Below are positions 26,098-35,130 of a stretch of 64,000 bases of DNA, piece after piece. Made by a program: the position numbers and the translations under genes. The notes under the pieces were generated by a model. It was not told where the DNA came from. It saw nothing but the letters and a program-made list of their open reading frames with translations, and searched no databases. The DNA is taken from NCBI GenBank assembly GCA_011525755.1, contig WYBS01000069.1:5196-69195 (forward strand). The letters run 5' to 3'. The stretch is from Planctomycetaceae bacterium (GTDB lineage Bacteria > Planctomycetota > PLA2). The stretch's first letter is position 1. Each line of letters starts with the position of its first letter.

Positions 26098-27236
26098 TCC
26101 GGTCCCGTGCCCGCGTCGGCGTGGAAGAGCCGGCGGTACTCCTGGATCGCCTCGCGGTCGGTCATGCCCGCGATGTAGTCGCACACGCCGCGCTGCGCCC
26201 CGTGCTCCTTCGCCCACTCCTGCGCCGCCGGCGGCAGGAGCCCCGTGTCCCCGGAGAGCGCGAGGAACATCTCCCGGATGAACTCGGACGCCTTCCGCCG
26301 CATGCGGCGCACGCGGTAGTCGTTGTAGAAGTGGCGGGAGAGGAAGCGGGAGAGTTCCAGCTGCCTCCTTTCCATCGCGTGCGACGGCGCAACCAGGCGC
26401 TCCCCGCGCTGGGCATCGAGAGGGTCCTTGGGGGCCGTCTCGAGCAGCCGCTCCCGCGACCGGTCGAGGAGGTCCGTGACCGCGCGGTCGATGAGCGAGC
26501 GCACGACGTGGTAGCGCCGCCGCGCCGGGTCGAGGCCCGGGTAGCGCCGCGTCACGTCGTCGAGCGCGTCGCTCCAGAGCGCGACCTCCGACAGCGCCGC
26601 CTCGTCGAGGATGCCCGACGTGAGCCCGTCGTCCACGTCGTGCGTGTTGTAGGCGATCCGGTCCGCGGCATCGACGACCTGCGCCTCGAGGCAGAGCTGC
26701 TGCCCGCCGTGCTTCAGGAGCGACTCGCGCACCTCCGCGGTGAGGTTGAGCCCCGGGAAACCCGGGTACTTCCGCTCGATCACGTCCACGAGCCGCAGCG
26801 CCTGCCGGTTGTGCTCGAAACCGCCGTGCTCGCGCATGAGCTCCGCGAGCGCATCCTCTCCGGTGTGACCGAAGGGGCCGTGGCCGACGTCGTGCGCGAG
26901 CGCGATCGCCTCGGTCAGGTCCTCGTTGAGGCCGAGCGCGCGCGCCACCGTCCGCGCGATCTGCGCCACCTCCATCGTGTGGGTGAGGCGCGTCCGGTAG
27001 TAGTCGCCGAACGAGTTGACGAAGACCTGCGTCTTGTACTCGAGCCGGCGGAAGGCGCCCGAGTGGATGATCCGGTCGCGGTCGCGCTGGTACGCGGTGC
27101 GGTAGGCGTGCTCCGCCTCCTCGTGCTGCCGGCCGCGGGAGAGCCGCGCCTTCATCGCGTAGGGGGCGAGCTCGCGCAGCTCGCGCTCCTCGAGCGCCTC
27201 GCGGTTCACCATCGTTCCGGCGTCGTGCGCGGGCAT
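26094..27236 (-). CDS. dgt: dGTP triphosphohydrolase-like HD-domain protein
   Basis: 380 aa. YQRDRDRIIHSGAFRRLEYKTQVF, RLTHTMEVAQIAR and LAHDVGHGPFGH motifs. Confidence 0.9.
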   Translation of the reverse strand: MPAHDAGTMVNREALEERELRELAPYAMKARLSRGRQHEEAEHAYRTAYQRDRDRIIHSGAFRRLEYKTQVFVNSFGDYYRTRLTHTMEVAQIARTVARALGLNEDLTEAIALAHDVGHGPFGHTGEDALAELMREHGGFEHNRQALRLVDVIERKYPGFPGLNLTAEVRESLLKHGGQQLCLEAQVVDAADRIAYNTHDVDDGLTSGILDEAALSEVALWSDALDDVTRRYPGLDPARRRYHVVRSLIDRAVTDLLDRSRERLLETAPKDPLDAQRGERLVAPSHAMERRQLELSRFLSRHFYNDYRVRRMRRKASEFIREMFLALSGDTGLLPPAAQEWAKEHGAQRGVCDYIAGMTDREAIQEYRRLFHADAGTGPE

Positions 27237-28210
27237 CAGATCTCCCGCTTCAGGATACGCGCGAGGACGTCGAAGTCGGCGTTGCCCCCCGTGAGGATCA
27301 CGCCCACGGTGCCCGGCGGATCCTCGTACTTCCGGTGGAGCATCGCCGAGAGCGCGGCGGCGCCGGACGGCTCCACGAGGACCTTCGCGCGGGCGAGCAG
27401 GAAGCGGACGCCCTCGGCGATCTCCGCGTCGCTGACCGTGAAGACGCCGTCGAGGAGCGCCGCGCAGATCTGGAAGGGGATGCGCCCGGGGGAGAGGGGG
27501 CGGAGGCCGTCCGCGATCGAGTCGGAGGGCGGGATCGTGACCGGCCGCCCGGCCTTGAGCGAGTCGCGCATGCTCGCCGCGGTCTCCGGCTCAACGCCGA
27601 AGACCTTGATCCGCGGGTTTCTCGCCTTCGCCCAGACCGCGACGCCCGCCGCGAGGCCGCCGCCGCCGACGGGGACGAGGATCGCGTCCAGGTGCGGCGC
27701 GTCCTCGAGCATCTCCTTCGCGGTCGTGCCCTGGCCCGCCACGATCCACGGGTGGTCGAAGGCGTGGACGAACGTGGCCCCCGTCTCCTTCGCGATACGG
27801 TCCGCTTCCGCGAGCCGCTCCGTGCTCGTCCGCCCGCAGACGATCACCTTGGCCTCGTCGCGCTCGATCGCCTCGCGCTTCGCCGGCACGACGTCCTCGG
27901 GGACGATGATCGTCGCGGGGCAGCCGAGCAGCCGCGCCGCGCGCGCCACCCCCTGCCCGTGGTTGCCGCTCGAGGCGGCGACGACGCCCTTGGCGCGCTC
28001 CGCGGGCTTCATCTGGGCGAGGAAGTTGTAGGCGCCCCTGAGCTTGAAGGCCCCGACGCGCTGGAAGTTCTCCCCCTTGAGCAGCACGCGGCAGCCCGCC
28101 TCCCGGTCCAGCGCCGAGCACGTGAACATGAGCGTCCGGTGGCAGACGCCGTAGAGGCGCTGGTGGGCGGCGGCGACCTCCTCGGGCAGAACCGGAAGAG
28201 CGCCCCGCAT
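27236..28210 (-). CDS. PLP-dependent threonine/serine dehydratase (no ACT domain)
   Basis: 324 aa. PLP-Lys motif FKLRGA, the SSGNHGQGVA loop and GGGGL. The stop overlaps the dgt start at 27236. Confidence 0.9.
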   Translation of the reverse strand: MRGALPVLPEEVAAAHQRLYGVCHRTLMFTCSALDREAGCRVLLKGENFQRVGAFKLRGAYNFLAQMKPAERAKGVVAASSGNHGQGVARAARLLGCPATIIVPEDVVPAKREAIERDEAKVIVCGRTSTERLAEADRIAKETGATFVHAFDHPWIVAGQGTTAKEMLEDAPHLDAILVPVGGGGLAAGVAVWAKARNPRIKVFGVEPETAASMRDSLKAGRPVTIPPSDSIADGLRPLSPGRIPFQICAALLDGVFTVSDAEIAEGVRFLLARAKVLVEPSGAAALSAMLHRKYEDPPGTVGVILTGGNADFDVLARILKREI

Positions 28211-28350
28211 GAGCGCACTCTACCAAGCCGGCTTCGCGCCAAGGGCGCCGCGGCGAGCCGGGCCGCGCATCTCGAGGCGCCGGTTCCCGCGGCAGCGCCC
28301 CACGAGGCCCCCGGAGCCCCCCCGGTTCGTCTCCTTGCGCGAGGACCGCG

Positions 28351-28371
28351 GGGACGGTAACTTACCGTCCC
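28351..28371. promoter_or_regulatory. Perfect 21-bp palindrome (putative operator) upstream of the dipeptidase gene
   Basis: GGGACGGTAA-c-TTACCGTCCC, 26 nt upstream of the ATG at 28397, in the 186-bp divergent region shared with the dehydratase gene. Confidence 0.4.
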
Positions 28372-28396
28372 GCCTCAACTTACGCCCCTCCGACCG

Positions 28397-29338
28397 ATGC
28401 TCGCCTTCGTCGACGCGCACTTGGATATCGCCTGGTCGAGCCTCAAGCACGGTCGCGACTTCGTGGCCGGGCATCCGGACTCGGCGCTCGGCCTGCCGGA
28501 TCTCTTGAAGGGGGGTGTCACGCTCGCCTGCGCGACGATCTTCACGGGCGAGCACGAGGAGGACGAGACGCACGCGGAGGTCGCGGAGCGGCAGCTCGCC
28601 TACTACGAGGCGCTGCCGGGCAGGAGCGGCGGCCGCGTCGTGTGGCCCGCGGACGTGATGGACCTCGGCAGCGCGACGCCCGGGGAGCGCGTCTGCCTCG
28701 TCGGCCTTCTCGAGGGGTGCGACGCGGTCGGCGACGTGGCGGCGCTCTCGGAGTTCCACCGGCGCGGCGTCCGCGTCCTGGGCCTCACGTGGAACCCGCG
28801 CAACCGGTGGGCGGCGGGCTGCGAGGCGGAGGGCGGCCTCACGGCCGACGGGCTCGCGCTCGTGCGCGAAGCGGACCGGCTCAACATGGCGCACGACGTG
28901 TCGCACCTCTCGCGCCGGAGCGTGGACGACCTGCTCGGCGCGGCGAAGGGCCCGGTGATCGCGAGCCACGTCGGCGCGGACGCGGTCCATGCGCACCCGC
29001 GGAACCTCACCGACGCGCACCTGCGCGCGGTCGCGCAGCGCGGCGGCGTCGCGGCGCTCGTCCTCTACGAGAAGTTCCTGACGGGCGGCAAGGCGACGTT
29101 CGACGATGCGCTGCGCCACCTGCGGCACATGATCGAGGTGTGCGGCGTCTCGGGCGTCGGCATCGGCTCCGATTTCGACGGCGGCTTCGGCCGCGACCAG
29201 CTGCCGGCGGGGATCCGAACCGCGGCGGACCTGCCGAAGTTCGCGGCAGCGCTCCGGAAGGACGGCCTCCCCGAGGCCGACGTCGCGAAGGTGTGCGGCG
29301 GCAACCTGCGCCGCGTGCTCACCAGCGTGATGATGTAG
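28397..29338 (+). CDS. Membrane dipeptidase family (peptidase M19) protein
   Basis: 313 aa. DAHLD, GLTWN, DVSHLS and IGSDFDGG motifs typical of renal-dipeptidase-like enzymes. Confidence 0.85.
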   Translation: MLAFVDAHLDIAWSSLKHGRDFVAGHPDSALGLPDLLKGGVTLACATIFTGEHEEDETHAEVAERQLAYYEALPGRSGGRVVWPADVMDLGSATPGERVCLVGLLEGCDAVGDVAALSEFHRRGVRVLGLTWNPRNRWAAGCEAEGGLTADGLALVREADRLNMAHDVSHLSRRSVDDLLGAAKGPVIASHVGADAVHAHPRNLTDAHLRAVAQRGGVAALVLYEKFLTGGKATFDDALRHLRHMIEVCGVSGVGIGSDFDGGFGRDQLPAGIRTAADLPKFAAALRKDGLPEADVAKVCGGNLRRVLTSVMM

Positions 29339-29398
29339 GCCTTTCTTCGCCGCCGCGCCTTCCCGGGGCGAGAGTGGGGGGGCTCCGGGGGCCTCTCG

Positions 29399-30907
29399 CT
29401 ACGCCTTCAGGACCACGAGCGTCACATCGTCCTCCTGCGTGCGGCCGCCGCGGAACCGCGTGAGCGCGGCGAGCGTCGCGTCCTCAATCTCGCGCGGGGG
29501 CCGGTCGGCGTTCGCGCGGACGATCTCGCGGAGCGCGTCCTTGCCGAAGCGGTTGCCGTCGCGGTCGCGCGTCTCCCAGATGCCGTCCGTTCCGATGAGG
29601 ATCACCTGCCCGTGTCGCCACCCCTCCCGCGCGTGCTCGTGGTACTCCCAGTCGGGACGCACGCCGAGGGGGATGTCGCGGCCCCCGAGCTCCTCGAAGG
29701 AGTCCGTCGCCGGGTCGTAGAGGATCGCGGGCTCATGGCCCGCGGAGACCCAGCGGAGCCTAAGGTCGCCCGTATCGATCACCACGGCGATCAGCGTCAC
29801 GAACCGGTCGCTGAAGCGGTCCGCGACGATGCTTCGGTTGGCCTCCCCGATCGCCGCCGCGAGCGAGTCGCCCGGGCGGATGCGCGAGCGCAGGATCGCC
29901 CGCGTCGTCGCCATCAGGAGCGCCGCGGCGACGCCGTGGCCCGCGACGTCCGCGACCACGATCCCGAGCCGCGGTTCGCCGTTCGACGAGAGGTCGAGGA
30001 GGTCGTAGTAGTCGCCGCCGATCTCGTCGCAGTAGGCGCTCGTTGCGGCGATGTCGAAGCTGGCCACGCTCGGCCACGTGGTCGGCAGCAGGTTCCGCTG
30101 GACCTCCTTCGCGAGGTGGACGGAGTCGCGGAGCCGCAGGTGGTCGCGCAGTTTCGGCAGCATGGAGTCGAGCGCGTCGGCCAGCCGGCCGAACTCGTCG
30201 GCCCTCGACGCGTCGACCCGCGTCTCGAGGTCGCCCGCGGCGATGCGGTTCACCGCGGCAACCGTGGTCTCGAGCGGTCGCGTCACCCGGCGCGAGAGCG
30301 GGAGCGACAGCCCGAGCGCGAGGAGGAGTGCCGCGCCGATGGCGCCGAGGCCGCTGCCGAGGAGGAGCCGCATGCGGCCCAGGAGGTCGGTCGCGGCGAT
30401 GTCCACGACGAGCGTGCCCACGACATGGCCGTTTGCATCGCGGATCGGCGCGTATCCGCTGATCCACGTGCCGAACTCGTCGGACTTCAGGTCCTCGACG
30501 CCGGTGGTGCCGACGGGGATGCGGTCGTTCTCCGCGAGGTCGCCGCGCGAGCCGAGGGCCCGTCCCGACTCGTCGTCCACCACGGTCCGCAGGCCCCCTC
30601 CGGGCCGGTGGACGGCGGTGTAGACGAAAAAGGCGTGGACGTCGCGCCGCCGGTTCGCGTCGCGGACCGCCGCGAGCGCACGCTTCAGCGGCACCTCGGC
30701 GTCCGGCGCAGCGTCGCCCCGCGCGAGCTTCGCCTGGAGGTCGGCGTCGACCAGCGCGGAGGCCGTGGCGGCGATCGACATCGCCTTGCTCTCGATCTCT
30801 CCGACGAGGTAGTGTCGGGCGAGGGCGTAGAGGATGCCGGTCGCCGTCCCGCTCACGCCGATGGCCAGCGCCATGAAGGCGAGGGCGAGCTTCCGGCGAT
30901 AGAGCAT
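29399..30907 (-). CDS. Cache-like sensor - HAMP - PP2C (SpoIIE-family) protein phosphatase
   Basis: 502 aa. Two TM segments flank a periplasmic sensor. HAMP region: RVTRPLETTVAAVNRIAAGDLETRV..DEFGRLADALDSM. PP2C motifs: GGDYYDL, VADVAGHGVAAALLM, LIGTDGIWE. Confidence 0.9.
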   Translation of the reverse strand: MLYRRKLALAFMALAIGVSGTATGILYALARHYLVGEIESKAMSIAATASALVDADLQAKLARGDAAPDAEVPLKRALAAVRDANRRRDVHAFFVYTAVHRPGGGLRTVVDDESGRALGSRGDLAENDRIPVGTTGVEDLKSDEFGTWISGYAPIRDANGHVVGTLVVDIAATDLLGRMRLLLGSGLGAIGAALLLALGLSLPLSRRVTRPLETTVAAVNRIAAGDLETRVDASRADEFGRLADALDSMLPKLRDHLRLRDSVHLAKEVQRNLLPTTWPSVASFDIAATSAYCDEIGGDYYDLLDLSSNGEPRLGIVVADVAGHGVAAALLMATTRAILRSRIRPGDSLAAAIGEANRSIVADRFSDRFVTLIAVVIDTGDLRLRWVSAGHEPAILYDPATDSFEELGGRDIPLGVRPDWEYHEHAREGWRHGQVILIGTDGIWETRDRDGNRFGKDALREIVRANADRPPREIEDATLAALTRFRGGRTQEDDVTLVVLKA

Positions 30908-30923
30908 GACCCCGCTCCCCGGG

Positions 30924-31394
30924 CTACGTCCCCGGCGGGTCCCGCGTGAGGCCGAACGCCGCCGCGGCGACCGTCACCGCGACGCCGAGCATCAGGAGTG
31001 CCGTCGATCCGCCCTTGGGGACGGCGACGATGCGCGCGACGCGCCCCGCCGCGACGAGCCCGAGGACGCCCGCGATCGCGGCGTTGCGGGCCTTATGGGA
31101 CCTGGATGCCGGGGGGGCTTCCGCGGGGGTCGCCTCGGGCGGCAGGACCTCCTCGCGCGCCGCAAGTGCCGCGGAGAGATCCGCGGGCGCCACCTGGACG
31201 GCCTGCCGGTCGCCCTCCTTGCCGCGCTCGCAGAAGCGGAGCCGCGTGACGATGCCGCGCTTCTCGAGCTCGAACTCGAGCATGCCCGCCTCGGCGGGCG
31301 AGAGCGGCGGCCCCACGTCGACGAACTCGGCGGAGGGAGGTGTCGGATCGGCGTCCAATGGGATCTCCTGCCGTGCGCGCGGGACCGCGCACAT
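30924..31394 (-). CDS. Hypothetical protein: DUF2007-like N-terminus plus C-terminal membrane segments
   Basis: 156 aa. FVDVGPPLSPAEAGMLEFELEKRGIVTRL resembles the beta-alpha-beta DUF2007 pattern. C-terminal hydrophobic helices (AAIAGVLGLVAAG, ALLMLGVAVTVAAAAFG). Start uncertain. Confidence 0.5.
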   Translation of the reverse strand: MCAVPRARQEIPLDADPTPPSAEFVDVGPPLSPAEAGMLEFELEKRGIVTRLRFCERGKEGDRQAVQVAPADLSAALAAREEVLPPEATPAEAPPASRSHKARNAAIAGVLGLVAAGRVARIVAVPKGGSTALLMLGVAVTVAAAAFGLTRDPPGT

Positions 31395-31466
31395 TCCTGA
31401 TTACGTCCCCGGGGCCGGCGGCGGCAGCACCAAGGCGCGCGGCACCCTGCCCGGGGCAGCCGCGCG

Positions 31467-32927
31467 CTACGGCGCCTGCTGCCGCGCGGCCAGGCGGCGC
31501 TTCTTCTCGCGCAGCTCGAGGATCTTCCCGTGGCGCTCCTTCTCCTTCTTGCCGTCCTCGGACTTGCGCCACTGCGCGAGCGCCGCCTGGAGCTCCGCGG
31601 CGCTCTGGTACCTGTCCTCCGGCTGCTTCTCCATGAGCTTGAGGCAGATCTCCACGAGCCCGTCCGGCACCATCTCGTCGAGGTCGTGCGGGTGGGGCGG
31701 CGGCTCCGTCATGTTCTTCTTGAGGATCTCGATCGCGCTCTTCCCGGTGAAGGGGCGGTGCCCGGTCAGCAGGTAGTACATGACGGCGCCGAGGCTGTAG
31801 AGGTCCGCACGGCCGTCGATCGCGCCCATCTTCCCGCGCGCGGCCTGCTCCGGCGAGAGGAACGCCGGCGTCCCCATGATGAGCCCCTCGGCCGTCTCCG
31901 CCGCGTCGTCCTGCTCCCGCTCGACCGTCGCGATCCCGAAATCGATGAGCTTGATCTCGCCGCTCCGGTCCATGAGCACGTTCTGCGGCTTGATGTCCCG
32001 GTGCCAGATGTTCTTGCCGTGCACGAGACGCAGGACGTCGGCGAGCTTGTCGATCACCTCCGCCACCTGCCAGAAGGTGAGCGTGTGCTTGAACCCGACC
32101 GCGAGGAGGTCCTCGCCGTCGACGAACTCCATCGCGATGTAGTGCATCCCGCCGTGCTTCGCGAGGTCGCACACCTTCACGATGTTCCTGTGGTTGAAGG
32201 CCGAGATCGCCCACGCCTCCTGCTTGAAGCGCGCGACGTTCTCCTCGTCCACCTTGTCGGTGTGGAGCACCTTGAGCGCGACGAGCTGCCCCTCGACCTT
32301 CCGGCTCCGCGCCTTGAAGACGACGCCCATGCCGCCCGCGGAGAGCCGCTTCAGGAGAACGTAGTCGCCGAAGACGACCTCCCGCTCGCCCCCCCCGAGC
32401 AGGCGGTCGAGCTTCTCCTGGTCGGCGAGGAGCCCGTCGAGCTGCGCCTCGCTCGCGATCTCGAGCGCGCCCTTCGCCGGCGCGATCGACGCGGCCGTCG
32501 TGGTCCCCGTCGTTCCGGAGGCCGCGCGCTCCGCCTCGAACGCGCGCCGCGCCTCGAGGCGCTTCTTCCGCGCCGCCTCCTCCTTCTCCTCCTTCTCCTT
32601 CTCCGCGCGGCTCTTGAGAACGACGGGCTTCGGGTCGAGGAACACGATCGTGCAGTCGCGGCCGACCGTGATCGTGTCCTTGTGCCGGAGCCGCGACACC
32701 ATCACGGGATGGCCGTTGAGCGCCGTCCCGTTCGTGGAGTCGAGATCCTTCACGCGCCAGTCGCCGTCCTCGTGGCGCCAGATCCGGAAATGGCGGCGCG
32801 ACGCCTCCTTGGCCGGGAGGATGACGTCGCACCCCTCGCGGCCGGCCTCGAGGGCGTCCTTCGCGATCTCGTGCTCGACGGTCTTGCCACCGGCGGTGAT
32901 CCGGAGCTTCGGCATGGCTCCGATCAT
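31467..32927 (-). CDS. FHA-domain Ser/Thr protein kinase
   Basis: 486 aa. N-terminal FHA (GREGCDVILPAKEASRRHFRIWRHEDGDWRVKDLDSTNGTALNG). Kinase motifs: GGMGVVFKA, ALKVL, HRDIKPQNVL, DFGIA, SPEQ. Alternative ATG start at 32915. Confidence 0.9.
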   Translation of the reverse strand: MIGAMPKLRITAGGKTVEHEIAKDALEAGREGCDVILPAKEASRRHFRIWRHEDGDWRVKDLDSTNGTALNGHPVMVSRLRHKDTITVGRDCTIVFLDPKPVVLKSRAEKEKEEKEEAARKKRLEARRAFEAERAASGTTGTTTAASIAPAKGALEIASEAQLDGLLADQEKLDRLLGGGEREVVFGDYVLLKRLSAGGMGVVFKARSRKVEGQLVALKVLHTDKVDEENVARFKQEAWAISAFNHRNIVKVCDLAKHGGMHYIAMEFVDGEDLLAVGFKHTLTFWQVAEVIDKLADVLRLVHGKNIWHRDIKPQNVLMDRSGEIKLIDFGIATVEREQDDAAETAEGLIMGTPAFLSPEQAARGKMGAIDGRADLYSLGAVMYYLLTGHRPFTGKSAIEILKKNMTEPPPHPHDLDEMVPDGLVEICLKLMEKQPEDRYQSAAELQAALAQWRKSEDGKKEKERHGKILELREKKRRLAARQQAP

Positions 32928-32970
32928 ACGGAATACGCGCCTCCGGGACGGCGTCGATTAACCTAGACCT

Positions 32971-34947
32971 GTGTCGCGCCGTGAGCCGCTGCTCGTGGCC
33001 CTCCTGCTCCTCGGGTGCATCGCCGGGGTCGTCTTCGTCTTCACGTCGCTCAAGGCCCCCGGACGCGCCTGGGAAAAGAAGGAGCTGCCCCGCGAGGCCC
33101 CTCTCCCCCGCGCCCCCTCACCCCGCCCCGCGGAAGCGCCCGCGGCGGAGGCGCCCGTCGCGACGGAAGGGGAGGAGCGCCCGCTCGCTCCCGCGCCCGT
33201 CACGAGGGAGGAGGAGGGGGGATCCGCGGGGGAGGAGGAGGCGCCGCCCGCCGAGGAAGGGGGCGAGCCGAAGGAGATCGAGGGCGCCGCCGACCTCGTC
33301 CTCGAGCTGATGCCGCCAGGGGACCCGGTGGACCGCACGGTGCACGTGCGGGTGATGGACACGGCGGGCAACGCGGTCGCGCGCGCGCTCGTCGTCGTGC
33401 GCGAGGGGACGGAGATCCTCTTCCGCGCGCGGACCGACGGGGCGGGGCTCGCCGAGTTCCCGCCGTATGCGGAGGAGGAGGGGCCGTTCCGCATCGACGC
33501 GATCGCGCACGGCTTCGTCGCGGGGCAGGCGCCCGCGGTCGCGGCGGGCGCGGACGTGGACCTCGTCCTCGAGTACCGGCCGATCGTCGAGGGCAAGGTG
33601 CGCGGCGCGGAGGGGCGCAGGGGCGTCGTGCGGCTCTTCCAGGGCGCCGAGGAGCGGAGCATGCCGCTCGCGCCCGACGGCACGTTCGTCTTCGAGGATC
33701 TCGACCCGGGCGAGACGGCCGTCCAGGCGGAGGTGGACGTCTACGGGGTCGACACCGAGGCCTTCTTCCTCGAGGGCGGGACGCGGCGCTACGTGTCGCT
33801 GCGGATCAAGGGCAACAACGCCGCGACGATCCAGGGCAGCGTCGAGGGCTGGCCGGGCTCGGGCAGCATGACGATCAACGGGCTTCCCGTGGCCGTGCGG
33901 CCTTCTGGGAACTACACGTTCGGCCACGCGGTCATCGGGCTCAACGAGGCGCTGATCGACGCGCCGGGGAAGGCGCTCCTGCGCGAGCGCTTCACGGTCA
34001 AGACGCTCCAGATGTCCTACTACCCGTTCAGCCTGAAGCGCGAGGGGAAGATCCGCGGCCGCGCGCGGAGGATGTTCTCGAACGAGCCGGTGCCGGGCGC
34101 CGAGGTGCGCGTCGGCTTCGACCGCGGCGACCCGGTGAACGACCGCGTGCCGCTCTTCCCGATCGACCGCGTGCCGGTCGTGACGACCGACCGCGACGGG
34201 CGCTTCGAGATCGAGCGCCTCGACAAGCGGCTCACCTACCTCGTGTCGATCGTCGCGCCGGGGTACGGCCAGTTCTTCGGCTCCGCGCTTCCGGACGGCG
34301 GCCACCTGACGGTGAAGATGCCCGAGGGCCCGTTCGTCTTCGGCCGCCTCCGCGGCATCGGCGGGACCCCCGCGGAGGCGATCGTGACCGCGACGCCGCT
34401 CGAGGGGCTGCCGATCGGGCGGCTGTTCAACAAGCCGGGGTGGAACTACGCGCGGGCCGAGCGCGACCGGGAGGGCTTCTACGGGCTCTCAGGGCTCCTG
34501 CCCGGGCCCTATCTGGTCCGCGTGGACGCGCCGGGCTTCGGCTCGGTCGAGACCGTGATGGACCTGCACGAGGGCGAGCGGATCCGGCTCGACCTGAGGG
34601 TGCGCCGCGGGATCGAGGTCGACCGGGACGAGGAGGCGCTCCTGCGGAGGCTGCCGCCGGTCGAGTACGAGGGCGAGGGGGCTCCGGGGGACAGCGCGAC
34701 GCTCCTGAAGATCGACGCGCGGCGTCCGGGGCACGAGCAGCAGTTCCCGGGCCTCCGCGTGCGCTTCTTCGACGGCGAGAAGGAGTTCGCGCCGCCGATG
34801 GAGTTCAGCGACCCGCAGATCGACCTCCTGGGCCTGCCGGAGGCGACCTACCGCGCGATCCTCACGCATCCGGCGCTCGCGCGCCCGATCGTGCGCGACA
34901 ACATCGTCGTCCGCCGCGGCTCCCCGATCGAAGTGGAGATGCGGTAG
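32971..34947 (+). CDS. Membrane-anchored protein with repeated carboxypeptidase-regulatory-like (CarboxypepD_reg) beta-sandwich domains
   Basis: 658 aa, GTG start. N-terminal TM segment (LLVALLLLGCIAGVVFVF), an acidic/Pro linker, then repeated motifs of the type G.V.D..G.P...A.V......TD..G.F....L..G.Y. Confidence 0.8.
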   Translation: MSRREPLLVALLLLGCIAGVVFVFTSLKAPGRAWEKKELPREAPLPRAPSPRPAEAPAAEAPVATEGEERPLAPAPVTREEEGGSAGEEEAPPAEEGGEPKEIEGAADLVLELMPPGDPVDRTVHVRVMDTAGNAVARALVVVREGTEILFRARTDGAGLAEFPPYAEEEGPFRIDAIAHGFVAGQAPAVAAGADVDLVLEYRPIVEGKVRGAEGRRGVVRLFQGAEERSMPLAPDGTFVFEDLDPGETAVQAEVDVYGVDTEAFFLEGGTRRYVSLRIKGNNAATIQGSVEGWPGSGSMTINGLPVAVRPSGNYTFGHAVIGLNEALIDAPGKALLRERFTVKTLQMSYYPFSLKREGKIRGRARRMFSNEPVPGAEVRVGFDRGDPVNDRVPLFPIDRVPVVTTDRDGRFEIERLDKRLTYLVSIVAPGYGQFFGSALPDGGHLTVKMPEGPFVFGRLRGIGGTPAEAIVTATPLEGLPIGRLFNKPGWNYARAERDREGFYGLSGLLPGPYLVRVDAPGFGSVETVMDLHEGERIRLDLRVRRGIEVDRDEEALLRRLPPVEYEGEGAPGDSATLLKIDARRPGHEQQFPGLRVRFFDGEKEFAPPMEFSDPQIDLLGLPEATYRAILTHPALARPIVRDNIVVRRGSPIEVEMR

Positions 34948-34953
34948 GGGGGC

Positions 34954-35088
34954 ATGTCGCGATCCCCGAAGCACGTCCTGGTGTCCCGGAGGGAGATGTC
35001 GGAGATCCTCTCCGACCCTTCGCTCGTGAAGAGGCTTCGGCGCGGCGCCCGGGAGGCCAAGGCGCGCGCAGGGCGCCTCGCGCGTTGA
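34954..35088 (+). CDS. Possible 44-aa small ORF with a Phd/YefM-antitoxin-like C-terminal motif (orphan/remnant)
   Basis: Not in the track because it is under 60 aa. Translated by hand: MSRSPKHVLVSRREMSEILSDPSLVKRLRRGAREAKARAGRLAR. The E(I)LSDP..(V/M)..L......(I/A)KAGR pattern is typical of Phd/YefM antitoxin C-terminal halves. No toxin gene is adjacent. Confidence 0.25.
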   Translation: MSRSPKHVLVSRREMSEILSDPSLVKRLRRGAREAKARAGRLAR

Positions 35089-35130
35089 GACGGCGGCCGC
35101 CGCTCACCACGCGCGGCGCGTCAAGGAGTC

